Below, piece by piece: positions 9,527 through 17,977 of a stretch of DNA of 33,730 nucleotides. The stretch is from Nitrospirota bacterium. Lineage in GTDB: Bacteria > Nitrospirota > Thermodesulfovibrionia > Thermodesulfovibrionales > Dissulfurispiraceae. The stretch covers positions 1-33,730 of the forward strand of contig JBFMCP010000035.1 in NCBI GenBank assembly GCA_040754455.1. The letters are read 5' to 3'. A model generated the notes under the pieces. That model was not told the origin of the DNA. It was given only the letters and a program-made list of their open reading frames with translations, and searched no databases. Position 1 is the first letter of the stretch. The number at the start of each line of letters is the position of its first letter. The translations under genes and the position numbers were made by a program.

Positions 9527-9596
9527 ACCTCTCCCGGGAAAGAAAATGTAAAAAGGAATGAATCAACCCGCCTGAGGCGGATCATATTTTTGAATT

Positions 9597-10112
9597 TCAA
9601 TCTCTTATCTTTGCTCTTGTCTTTTTTATGATCTCCCCGGCCACCTCAGCGGGAGTCTTTCCCTCGGTATCGACCATTATATCGGCCATTTCGTAGTAGG
9701 GCTTTCGGGAGGCAAGCATCTCCCGTATCTTCCCGAGCGGATCGTCGACCTGCAGAAGGGGCCTGTTGCTGTCCTTCCCTGTCCTGCGGTATATCGTCTC
9801 AGCCGATGCCGTGAGGCAGACGATAATCCCCTTTCTTCTCAGGTTGTCCCTGTTCTCCTGTCGCAGCACCGCACCGCCTCCGGTGGCGATAACCGCACGA
9901 TCCATTTCCGACAGCTTCTTTATCATAGCAGATTCCATATCCCTGAATGCCGCTTCGCCGTACTGTTTGAACATCTCGGTAATGGTCATCTGTCGCTCCC
10001 GCTCCAGCTCGCAATCAACATCCACAAGAACATACCCGAGCTGTTGAGAAAGAATCCTGGCCACCGCACTCTTGCCGGCACCCATAAAGCCGGTAAGCAC
10101 AATATTTTTCAC
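9597..10112 (-). CDS. aroK: Shikimate kinase
   Basis: GTG start at 10112 behind GGAGG. GFMGAGKS P-loop, GE..FR..E, TGGG, RPLL. Confidence 0.95.
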   Translation of the reverse strand: MKNIVLTGFMGAGKSAVARILSQQLGYVLVDVDCELERERQMTITEMFKQYGEAAFRDMESAMIKKLSEMDRAVIATGGGAVLRQENRDNLRRKGIIVCLTASAETIYRRTGKDSNRPLLQVDDPLGKIREMLASRKPYYEMADIMVDTEGKTPAEVAGEIIKKTRAKIRD

Positions 10113-10207
10113 TCTACCTCCGCTCCTGGCCTGCCGCTCATGGCTGGCAGCCACAACCATTAAAGATGAGAGAGCCATCAGCTGTCATCTATGCTACAAT
10201 ACTTTTT

Positions 10208-10768
10208 ATGAGACGTCATTATTATACCCCAATTCTGCTGATAATTATCGTTTTCACCCTTTCGATCTCCTCCCTCAGTGCTGCTGGAGGTGCGCCGTGC
10301 CGTGTGGTCAAAGTCCATGACGGCGATACTGTGAGCATACGGGCAAAAAGCTTTGCCGGCATTCCGATCACGACCGAGCGCGTCAGGCTCATCGGCGTTG
10401 ATGCCCCGGAACTCGATCAGGAACCATGGGGAAGAATATCAAAGCGCTATCTCAAGAAGCTTCTCAGTGAGAGCGACTGGATCGTTACCATCGAATCCGA
10501 TATCGAACAGCGCGATCAGCACGGAAGACTCCTCGCCTATCTCTGGGACAAAAAAGGACGGATGATTAATGAGCAGTTGCTCGAGGCCGGCTACGCGCAG
10601 CTGTACACATTCACATCAAACGTAAAGTACGCAGAACGGCTTGCTGCCGCCCAAAAAGGAGCGTTTGAGAAAAAATTGGGGATATGGGGCAAGAAAGGTA
10701 TTAAGGAATCGCCCCGAAGATGGCGGAAAGAGCATCCTCGCGATACAAACGAAAACCGTAGATATTAG
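10208..10768 (+). CDS. Secreted thermonuclease (SNase-like) family protein
   Basis: Start moved to ATG 10208, 7 nt after TGcTACAAT. Hydrophobic signal/anchor; motifs VHDGDT, RVRLIGVDAPE, DQHGRLLAY, GIW. Confidence 0.9.
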   Translation: MRRHYYTPILLIIIVFTLSISSLSAAGGAPCRVVKVHDGDTVSIRAKSFAGIPITTERVRLIGVDAPELDQEPWGRISKRYLKKLLSESDWIVTIESDIEQRDQHGRLLAYLWDKKGRMINEQLLEAGYAQLYTFTSNVKYAERLAAAQKGAFEKKLGIWGKKGIKESPRRWRKEHPRDTNENRRY

Positions 10769-10852
10769 AGACTCCGGACTTCAGACCACCGACTTTGGAC
10801 TTTGGTATTTAGGCCTTTCATCCTAAAGTCGATGGTCTGAAGTCTATTGTCC
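10769..10852. repeat. Heptamer-periodic inverted repeat between convergent genes (possible bidirectional terminator)
   Basis: AGACTCC GGACTTC AGACCAC CGACTTT GGACTTT is mirrored by AAAGTCG ATGGTCT GAAGTCT. Perfect 12-bp stem 10777-10788/10833-10844 plus a 7-bp stem. Confidence 0.8.
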
Positions 10853-10859
10853 GATGTTG

Positions 10860-11267
10860 TCAGTTGATGCCTTTTCCGTTCAGAAAGGGGCCGTATTTCT
10901 TGTCCGTCCCTTGAATATGATTGGTAAGCCAGTTCTTGAGAAAGTTCATAAGCTCTACAGTGAGCACCGGCTTGCCCTCGCCAAACTGTTTCTGGAGCTC
11001 TAAAGCCTGCTTCGTCAGGTTTTCATGTTCCGTCTTGTGTTTGAGGAACTCCGGGTAGGAATGCGCTTTCATGAGCTTCTCCTCGGTAGCAAAATGGGTC
11101 GCCACATACTGCACCAGACCGGTGAGAATGGCGCCCGTCACATCGGTGCCCTTGCCCACTTTCATCGCGTCATGCAGGTCGTTAATCATGCCCACAAGTT
11201 TCTTGTGTTGCTCGTCGATCTCTTTTATGTTGACGCTCAAGGCATCCGACCATGTCATCAATGCCAT
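10860..11267 (-). CDS. Bacteriohemerythrin (single domain)
   Basis: ATG 11267 behind AGGAGGTG; 135 aa. Di-iron ligand motifs IDEQH, HFATEE, HKTEH, WLTNHIQGTD. Confidence 0.95.
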   Translation of the reverse strand: MALMTWSDALSVNIKEIDEQHKKLVGMINDLHDAMKVGKGTDVTGAILTGLVQYVATHFATEEKLMKAHSYPEFLKHKTEHENLTKQALELQKQFGEGKPVLTVELMNFLKNWLTNHIQGTDKKYGPFLNGKGIN

Positions 11268-11456
11268 GCCATTCACCTCCTCTCTTTGACATGAAATCAA
11301 GCAATCCTCTTCCCCTATTGTGAATGCCACCTTTATTATCGTATCTCTTTTTTTAAAACTGAAGTCCCCGCGGCGGAAACCGCAGGGAGGACAATGGAGA
11401 GAGGGGTTTTTGAAAGGGGCAACTGCCTGCAGATGCAGCTCTCTTTCAGCGTCGTA

Positions 11457-11825
11457 CTATGAGGCCTTCCCTTTCCGTGCTGCCATTAGCCCCTCTTTGA
11501 GGATAATAATGAATACAACGGTGAGGCCTATCAGCAGACCGAAGAGATTGATCAGCTTCAATCCCGCCAGCACGAGGAGAACAGCAAAGACGATGAGCAG
11601 TCTGAAGATGCTTAAGAATACGATCTTCCCTGAAGACCTCTCCATGCCGAGGAGTGCCGTGACGCTCCAGATCAACCCCTTAAGGTTGCTGACCGCAACG
11701 AGAGCGCCGGTGATAATGCCGAGAGCAAAACGCCAGTCCCGACCGGTGAAAAGGAACGAGAGCAGCGCAAGGGGGACGATAAAGAGTGCAGACTGGCTAT
11801 TGATGCGTCGTATCATTGTTTCCAT
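11457..11825 (-). CDS. atpI: ATP synthase protein I (AtpI-like, 4 TM)
   Basis: Four hydrophobic helices with G...G.LV...N and IFRLLI motifs; overlaps atpZ. Start uncertain (11837, 11825 or 11816). Confidence 0.78.
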   Translation of the reverse strand: METMIRRINSQSALFIVPLALLSFLFTGRDWRFALGIITGALVAVSNLKGLIWSVTALLGMERSSGKIVFLSIFRLLIVFAVLLVLAGLKLINLFGLLIGLTVVFIIILKEGLMAARKGKAS

Positions 11826-12051
11826 GCTTTGTTCCATCCTGTTTTCGGGCAAGCCGCACGAGCTCCCTGAATCCCGCAATTATACCAAGGATCAGGAAAA
11901 GAAAGGTAAGGTAGGGAGAAGTGCCGAAGAGCCAATCGAGGCCGTACCCGATGGCCAGCCCGACAAAGGTAGCAACAACAAGGTTGATGCCGATGGCACT
12001 TGCCTCCCAAAGCTGTCCGAAAAGAGATTTCTCCTCTTTCTTCTCCGCCAT
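11797..12051 (-). CDS. atpZ: AtpZ/AtpI family small membrane protein
   Basis: 84 aa from ATG 12051 (GGAGG RBS, TGATG overlap with the upstream gene). Signature GLAIGYGLDWLFGTSPYLT...GIIAGF. Confidence 0.88.
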   Translation of the reverse strand: MAEKKEEKSLFGQLWEASAIGINLVVATFVGLAIGYGLDWLFGTSPYLTFLFLILGIIAGFRELVRLARKQDGTKHGNNDTTHQ

Positions 12052-12662
12052 CACACCCCTCCTCCGAAATCTCCGGTGCTGCCGGCACCGGTTCCGTCCG
12101 GCAGACCCTGTATGCCGAAGTGTTCCCCTTCGGCCAGGATAAACTCCTTCAGTGTCCGCGCAATTTCCTTGTAGAACATCGTCGAGGCATGCTTCGACAT
12201 CTCTTCGCAATACCCCGGTATCCACTTGGACAGGTGGACCTTGAAGAAATCTCTCTGGTGCTCGACAAGATTGTTCTCCACCAGATAGCTCATGAAGAGC
12301 AGCTCTGCCGAAATGTGGTCGGCAGAGAGCGTGGCGGCCTCATGCAGCATAAGCCCCGCGGCCTGATAAAAGGACTGGACATTCCCGGCAATGTCGCTGC
12401 TCACTCCCGGAACCCTGAGGGTGTAGTTGAACAGCGAGTGGTAAAAAGATTCGTAAGGATGGAGGTGGGGATGGACACCCGAGAAAATATAGACGAAATC
12501 CATCCTTATCTCATCCGGCGTTTCATCCGAAGCGATATGGAGCAGCTCCTTTACCTGTTGCAGCGTCTCGCCTTTGGGGCTCTTTATGAACAATTCGGCA
12601 AAGAGCCGGTACAGTGCTACCCGCTCCAGGTTTTTGAAGTTGACGAATTTCAACGGCTCCAC
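12051..12662 (-). CDS. TorD/DmsD family redox enzyme maturation chaperone
   Basis: 203 aa. PYESFY and DHISAELLFM motifs, plus F...HL..W. GAGG RBS before a GTG start. Confidence 0.85.
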   Translation of the reverse strand: MEPLKFVNFKNLERVALYRLFAELFIKSPKGETLQQVKELLHIASDETPDEIRMDFVYIFSGVHPHLHPYESFYHSLFNYTLRVPGVSSDIAGNVQSFYQAAGLMLHEAATLSADHISAELLFMSYLVENNLVEHQRDFFKVHLSKWIPGYCEEMSKHASTMFYKEIARTLKEFILAEGEHFGIQGLPDGTGAGSTGDFGGGV

Positions 12663-12772
12663 GTTGCACCTCTCGATCGTTGATAAGGAAAAGGGTGACA
12701 GGAATTAATTTAATTGTAACGGATTTAGAGAAAAAAAACAGGAATCCCACAACAGGCACACGTCTGTTCCCC

Positions 12773-14002
12773 TCATCCTTCTTCCTCACCGAAGACAGGA
12801 AATATTCTGGTAAGTATGAAGAATAAGAGAAACGGCATGAGGCCGATCAGCAGCGCTCCCCCGAGCCCTTCCTTGAAGGTCTCGTAGTCATGGGGAACGA
12901 GCGGGAGATGGTAGTGCATGTAGCCTGCGAAGGTAAGAGAAAAGGCCTGACCGCCGATCACCACATTCCACCGCATCATAAAAACACCGAAGAGCACCAG
13001 AAGGATGCCGATAGCCGCTCTCCGCATAGTCAACCGAGGCATCAGGAACAGAATGAGCGGCACGAGGTTGCCGAGCGTATACTGCAGAATGAATATATTG
13101 ACGAAGTCTTTGCCGTAGATGACGCTCCGCAGCACATCCCATGACTTTACCGCCGTATACCCCCTGAAGATGAGATCGAGGAGCTCAAGGGTTATGGCGA
13201 ATATAAGGAAGAGAAGCAGATACTTCGAAGTCATCCTGATCATCGTGACTTCCTGCCCCTCGTTCTCCTGAGGGACGTTCTTTAACGAACCGAAAAGCCT
13301 CCTCAGCTTTACTGCTGCAATATAGGTAAGCATGCAGAGAGCAATACCCGAAACGATCGCGGACATGATAAAGATGACCGGCATCAGGGGCGTCATCCAG
13401 AGCGCGTTTGCCTTGACCGAGCCAAAGATAAAGCCTGCGTACCCGTGCAGGAAGCAGGCGACGGGGATACCGGCGGCAGCGAGTATCTTCACCGCTTTCT
13501 CATCCCTCTTCAAGGATTCCTCGCTGATATCATAGACGCCGAGGGTGAGCGCACAAAAGACAAGATACTTGATCCATTCGATGAGGCTCTTGCCGCTTTT
13601 TTGCTTGAGCGGCAGCGCGGTCTCTGCAAAATGCTTTCGGTAGACGAACCAGAGTTCGGAGGCGACGATAGCGCCGTAGGTCGAAAAGACAATGCCGAAG
13701 GCCGCGATTGCAGAGGTAAAGTGGGGAGTCATGAATACGTAGAGGCCCCGCAGCGGCTGCTGCAGGTGAAACATGAGCGGCATGGGCGCGACAAACAGAA
13801 GGGCGAAAGAGAATACCAGCGAGAACCGTGCCATGTCCTTGAGCTGCCTGATGCCGAAGACGTGATAGAGTGACGAAAGGACAAAGGCTCCGGCCACAAG
13901 GCCGGTCATAAAGGGATACATGACAATCTGGATGCTCCAGTAGATGTATTCATTCGGATAGACGAACAGCTCTTTCAGGGTCCAGGCCTCTCCGTGCACC
14001 AT
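12773..14002 (-). CDS. NrfD/PsrC family quinol-interacting membrane subunit
   Basis: 409 aa polytopic membrane protein. W...IVMYPFMTGLVAGA, HLQQP.R, LW.TP..P..FI.SA..SG, RWNVVIGGQ. Confidence 0.9.
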   Translation of the reverse strand: MVHGEAWTLKELFVYPNEYIYWSIQIVMYPFMTGLVAGAFVLSSLYHVFGIRQLKDMARFSLVFSFALLFVAPMPLMFHLQQPLRGLYVFMTPHFTSAIAAFGIVFSTYGAIVASELWFVYRKHFAETALPLKQKSGKSLIEWIKYLVFCALTLGVYDISEESLKRDEKAVKILAAAGIPVACFLHGYAGFIFGSVKANALWMTPLMPVIFIMSAIVSGIALCMLTYIAAVKLRRLFGSLKNVPQENEGQEVTMIRMTSKYLLLFLIFAITLELLDLIFRGYTAVKSWDVLRSVIYGKDFVNIFILQYTLGNLVPLILFLMPRLTMRRAAIGILLVLFGVFMMRWNVVIGGQAFSLTFAGYMHYHLPLVPHDYETFKEGLGGALLIGLMPFLLFFILTRIFPVFGEEEG

Positions 14003-14004
14003 GA

Positions 14005-14790
14005 CTATTTCACCTCCTTGCTCAGACCCAGGTAGTACACCTGCGGCTTGGTCCCGTACTCGTCTTTCAGCACACCGACCCGCTCGGCAGCAATGATCTT
14101 CGCCACCGGATCGGCCGGATTCCTGATATTACCGATCTGCCGGGCGCCGAAGGGACAGGCCTCGACACAGGCCGGCCTCATTCCTTTGGTGATCCGGTGG
14201 TAGCAGAAGTTGCATTTTTCGGCCACACGGTGGACGGGATGAAAGAAGCGCACGCCGTAGGGACAGGCCATGATGCAGTAGCCGCAGCCGATGCACCATG
14301 TCCGGTCAACCAGCACCACACCGTCAGGAGCCTGATACGTCGCGCCCACCGGGCATACCTGCACACAGGGGGGATTCTCACATTGGTTGCAGAGTTTGGG
14401 GACAAAAAAGGCCTTTTCTATCTCTTCCTTTTTTATCTCCTGATACTTTCCCGGACCAAGCTCGATTTTGTCGGTAATGAATCCGTCCCGCGCCCCCTTC
14501 GGCGTATCGGCAAAGAGCCTGCCGTCCTTTGTCAGGACATACCGTTCCACCCATGTCCTCGTTACGTTCGCCTCATAGGGGATTTCGTTTTCCTGCTTGC
14601 AGGCCTTCACGCAGAGGCCGCAGCCCACACAACGATACGTGTCGACGAGGAATATCCATCGCACTCCGGCAGCACCTGTTCTATTTGCAAAGAGCGTTCC
14701 GGGCTTCACCAGCTCGAGAGCAGCAAGGGGCACTGCCAGCCCTGCCATTCCTTTTATTGTGAAGCGAAAGAACTCCCTTCTCGTTATCAT
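14005..14790 (-). CDS. NrfC/PsrB-type 4x[4Fe-4S] protein with Tat signal
   Basis: TRREFF twin-arginine motif. Cys motifs CVGCGLCVKAC, CNQCENPPCVQVCP, CIGCGYCIMACP, CNFC...PACVEACP. Confidence 0.93.
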   Translation of the reverse strand: MITRREFFRFTIKGMAGLAVPLAALELVKPGTLFANRTGAAGVRWIFLVDTYRCVGCGLCVKACKQENEIPYEANVTRTWVERYVLTKDGRLFADTPKGARDGFITDKIELGPGKYQEIKKEEIEKAFFVPKLCNQCENPPCVQVCPVGATYQAPDGVVLVDRTWCIGCGYCIMACPYGVRFFHPVHRVAEKCNFCYHRITKGMRPACVEACPFGARQIGNIRNPADPVAKIIAAERVGVLKDEYGTKPQVYYLGLSKEVK

Positions 14791-15281
14791 AATGTACTCC
14801 CCGTTGTTTTCAGAGGCCCGTCAAGATCCGGCCGGTGCGGATTGTGGCAGAGCGCGCATTCGATGCCGGGATTATGGAGCGCAGGGTCTACGCCCCTTAT
14901 ATCCGCCCGCGCGCTCGTCGGGTAGGGAAGAGGAAAGTGGCACCGAAGGCACTGCTCCCTGCTGCGGTCGATCGTGAGTCTTGCCGGTTCGGAGGGATGA
15001 TCGAGTGCAGGGCCGTGGCAGTTTTCGCACTGAATGACGGCGTGCGGAGATTGCCGGAGCGCTTCGTAGTTGGCAGTATGGCAATCCTTGCAGTATTCCG
15101 CTGTCTTGTATTTGACTTTAAAGGCCTTCCAGTCGTCCTCGTTGCCCCTGCGGTGCCAGCCGTACATATAGCCGCGCTCGCCGATACCGAAATCTTGTGG
15201 AACAACAAGAAAACGCAGAAGAAGAACGATCACAACCAGGACTGCAACAACAAAGAGAGGTCTGAATATATGATGTTTCAT
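14787..15281 (-). CDS. Membrane-anchored tetraheme cytochrome c
   Basis: N-terminal TM helix; CKDCH, CENCH, CLRCH, CALCH. Start ATG 15281 or GTG 15293. Confidence 0.9.
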   Translation of the reverse strand: MKHHIFRPLFVVAVLVVIVLLLRFLVVPQDFGIGERGYMYGWHRRGNEDDWKAFKVKYKTAEYCKDCHTANYEALRQSPHAVIQCENCHGPALDHPSEPARLTIDRSREQCLRCHFPLPYPTSARADIRGVDPALHNPGIECALCHNPHRPDLDGPLKTTGSTL

Positions 15282-15298
15282 AACCACCGGCACTTTGT

Positions 15299-15335
15299 AA
15301 AAGGCGGGGCGGAAGACCGACCTCTTCCACCCCGC
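15299..15335 (-). terminator. Intra-cluster terminator-like hairpin after the 11-heme cytochrome gene
   Basis: Minus strand GCGGGGTGGAAGA-loop-TCTTCCGCCCCGC followed by CTTTT. Confidence 0.6.
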
Positions 15336-15342
15336 ATTGTTG

Positions 15343-16338
15343 CTACGATGTCCCCAAGAACTTACCGGGGTCTTTATACTCGTGGCACTTGGTACAATCT
15401 TTTTTCGCTTGCGCCGGCGTTACCTTCCATCCATGCGGCTTGTGGCAATCGGTGCATTTCATGTTCATCATCTTCACATGCAGCTCATGTTTCCCGACAC
15501 CCGGCGCAGCTTCGTGGCACCGAACGCAGTCGCTCACATCGGGCTTCACCTTGCCGTGCGGCTTGTGGCACTCATAGCAGTAGAACTGCATGGGCGCATT
15601 GGCAGGGACATTGATCTTCGTCGCCTTGTTGATGATCGCGGGTGACGGCGGGAAGCGTTTGACATCGATCGTCCCGTCGGCGATCAATTCTTTACGTACG
15701 GCGTCGCTGCCGTGGCAATAGAGGCACTTCTTGCGCTCGGGCCTCAGATTCTTGGTGCGGTCGGTGTGGCAGTTCAGGCAGGCGAGCTGCTCCATGCCGG
15801 TGCCGTGGACCTCTTTGCCCTTATGACAGGTGAAGCAGAACCGTTCCTCAGTCTCGAATTTATGGATGCGATACCCATGGCACCTCGTGCATTCGATCTT
15901 TTCCATAAAGACATGCTTTGCATGATAGGCCGAGCGGTTCACCTGCGGCGCCCCGGGGAATTTCTTGTTGACCTCCCAATGACACTCCATGCAAAGCTTT
16001 GAAGGCACGATAATCTTGCCGTGCCGCGGCTCGACTTTTTTCTGGCCGAGGACGGCAAAGCGGTACATCTGAACAACCTGCTCCTTCTTGGTGGAGTGAT
16101 GGCACTCATGGCAATTCACCATCCGGTGCGCACTCTGCGCCCACGCCTTGTTCGCGTCGTCATGGACATGGCACATCATGCAGGCTTCGGGATTGTTTTC
16201 GAAATAGTCGTTGATCTTGTACCCGGTGAATCCCATAGCGCCGAACAGCATCAGCCCGCAGAGCGCGAGGATAATTTTCGCTCTTGTAGAAATGCCCTCA
16301 GTGAACCACGCGACAACCCTCTTGATCGGATGAAACAT
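15343..16338 (-). CDS. Membrane-anchored 11-heme cytochrome c with NapC/NirT-like N-terminal region
   Basis: 331 aa, one TM helix. CMMCH, CHECH, CMECH, CTRCH, CFTCH, CLNCH, CLYCH, CYECH, CVRCH, CTDCH, CTKCH. NapC-like W..S.H..V.C..CH. GGAGG RBS. Confidence 0.92.
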   Translation of the reverse strand: MFHPIKRVVAWFTEGISTRAKIILALCGLMLFGAMGFTGYKINDYFENNPEACMMCHVHDDANKAWAQSAHRMVNCHECHHSTKKEQVVQMYRFAVLGQKKVEPRHGKIIVPSKLCMECHWEVNKKFPGAPQVNRSAYHAKHVFMEKIECTRCHGYRIHKFETEERFCFTCHKGKEVHGTGMEQLACLNCHTDRTKNLRPERKKCLYCHGSDAVRKELIADGTIDVKRFPPSPAIINKATKINVPANAPMQFYCYECHKPHGKVKPDVSDCVRCHEAAPGVGKHELHVKMMNMKCTDCHKPHGWKVTPAQAKKDCTKCHEYKDPGKFLGTS

Positions 16339-16409
16339 TAGAGACCTCCCCTAAATGTTAATACAGGGGCTCCAACAATTCGGGCCCCGCTGCTGCACGG
16401 GTCGCCTCC

Positions 16410-17699
16410 TTACACCAGCTCTTTTAGTGTTTTGTACGCCGCGTTAACCGTCTTGTCGATATCTGCTGCAGTGTGAGCGAGGGAGATGAATCCAGCCTCG
16501 AACTGCGACGGCGCGAGGTTGATCCCACGATTCAACATTCCCTTGAAGAAACGTGCGAATTTTTCGGTGTCCGCGGTCTTTGCGGTGGTGTAATCGACGA
16601 CCTCTTTTTCTGTAAAGTAAGTGCAGAACATGGTGCCTGCACGATAGAACCTGGTCGGAATGCCAGCCCTCTTCGCAGCGTCCCTGAGTCCTTCCTCAAG
16701 GTGCTGCATCGTCTTTTCCAATTTTTTATAGGTGTCTTTTCTCGAGAGGATCTTCAGGGTCTCTATTCCCGCAGTCATGGCAAGGGGATTTCCCGACAGG
16801 GTTCCCGCCTGATAGACCGGCCCCTCAGGGGAGATGATGGACATAATGTCTCTCCTGCCGCCGTAGGCGCCGACCGGAAGCCCGCCGCCGATGACCTTGC
16901 CCAAACAGGTGAGGTCGGGCTTGATGCCATAGTATTTCTGCGCACCGCCGTAGGATACCCTGAAACCGGTCATCACTTCATCGAAGATAAGGACGATATC
17001 GTATTTCCTGGTCTCTTCCCTCAAGGTCTCCAGAAAACCCTCCTGCGGCAGGACACAGCCGATATTGCCGACCACCGGCTCGAGAATGATGCAAGCGATC
17101 TCATTGCCCGTTTTGCGGAGCATCTCCTTGAGCGCCCCGGTATCGTTGTAGGGAAGGGTAATGGTGTTCTCTGCGTAGGATGCCGGGACCCCCGGGCTGT
17201 CCGGAACGCCGAAGGTCATGGCGCCGGAGCCTGCTTTCACCAGAAGGCCGTCGGCATGGCCGTGATAGCAGCCCTCGAATTTGATGATTTTATCTCTCTT
17301 GGTGAATCCCCGCGCCACACGTATAGCGCTCATGGTGGCTTCTGTTCCTGAGTTGACCATTCTCACCTTTTCAATGGAAGGATAGGCCTTCATCACCATC
17401 TGAGCGAGCTCAACCTCGAGCGGCGTCGGCGCGCCGAAGCTGGTGCCCTTATCCGTGGCGGCCTTGAGCGCCTTTACCACAGCAGGATTGCAGTGCCCGA
17501 CGATCATCGGTCCCCATGAAAGGACATAATCGATATATTCATTGCCGTCGACGTCATAAATTTTGGAGCCCTTCGCCCGCTTGATGAAAAGGGGCGAGCC
17601 GCCCACTGCCTTGAAGGCCCTCACCGGGCTGTTGACGCCGCCGGGCATGAGCTTAAGTGCCTTCTGATACCATTCCCTTGATTTCTTTAATGTTGGCAT
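16410..17699 (-). CDS. hemL: Glutamate-1-semialdehyde 2,1-aminomutase
   Basis: [59 protein letters not shown] 17699 preferred over TTG 17720. Confidence 0.97.
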   Translation of the reverse strand: MPTLKKSREWYQKALKLMPGGVNSPVRAFKAVGGSPLFIKRAKGSKIYDVDGNEYIDYVLSWGPMIVGHCNPAVVKALKAATDKGTSFGAPTPLEVELAQMVMKAYPSIEKVRMVNSGTEATMSAIRVARGFTKRDKIIKFEGCYHGHADGLLVKAGSGAMTFGVPDSPGVPASYAENTITLPYNDTGALKEMLRKTGNEIACIILEPVVGNIGCVLPQEGFLETLREETRKYDIVLIFDEVMTGFRVSYGGAQKYYGIKPDLTCLGKVIGGGLPVGAYGGRRDIMSIISPEGPVYQAGTLSGNPLAMTAGIETLKILSRKDTYKKLEKTMQHLEEGLRDAAKRAGIPTRFYRAGTMFCTYFTEKEVVDYTTAKTADTEKFARFFKGMLNRGINLAPSQFEAGFISLAHTAADIDKTVNAAYKTLKELV

Positions 17700-17977
17700 T
17701 GCGAACCCCTGTAATTTCAATAATTTATTTTGAATGTATCATACCCCCTGTAAGTAAGTCAAAAAATGTCTCAATATATAACTTTAGAATGAAAAAAACG
17801 GGCTGAGCACCACGGCACCTTTGATTTAAATTTTTTCCAATCCGGACTTGCATTATGGAGTGCCCTCCCTGCCTCCGCCAACCTTTATGAATCTTAAATT
17901 CATCGATGTAAATTATGCCGCAGTTGACAACCCTTGGAGAAAATAATTAAAGTTGAAGGATTTAGTAGGAGCAGAGG

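Noticed and set aside
11365..11448. Two hairpins between atpI and hemerythrin; GGAGAG...GCAA looked like a glycine riboswitch
   Set aside because: Lacks the CCGAAG and CUCAGG core and would be on the wrong strand; more likely terminator or REP-like hairpins.
17705..17753. CCCCTGTAA direct repeat upstream of hemL
   Set aside because: Two short copies overlapping the RBS and promoter spacer; too little to call an operator.
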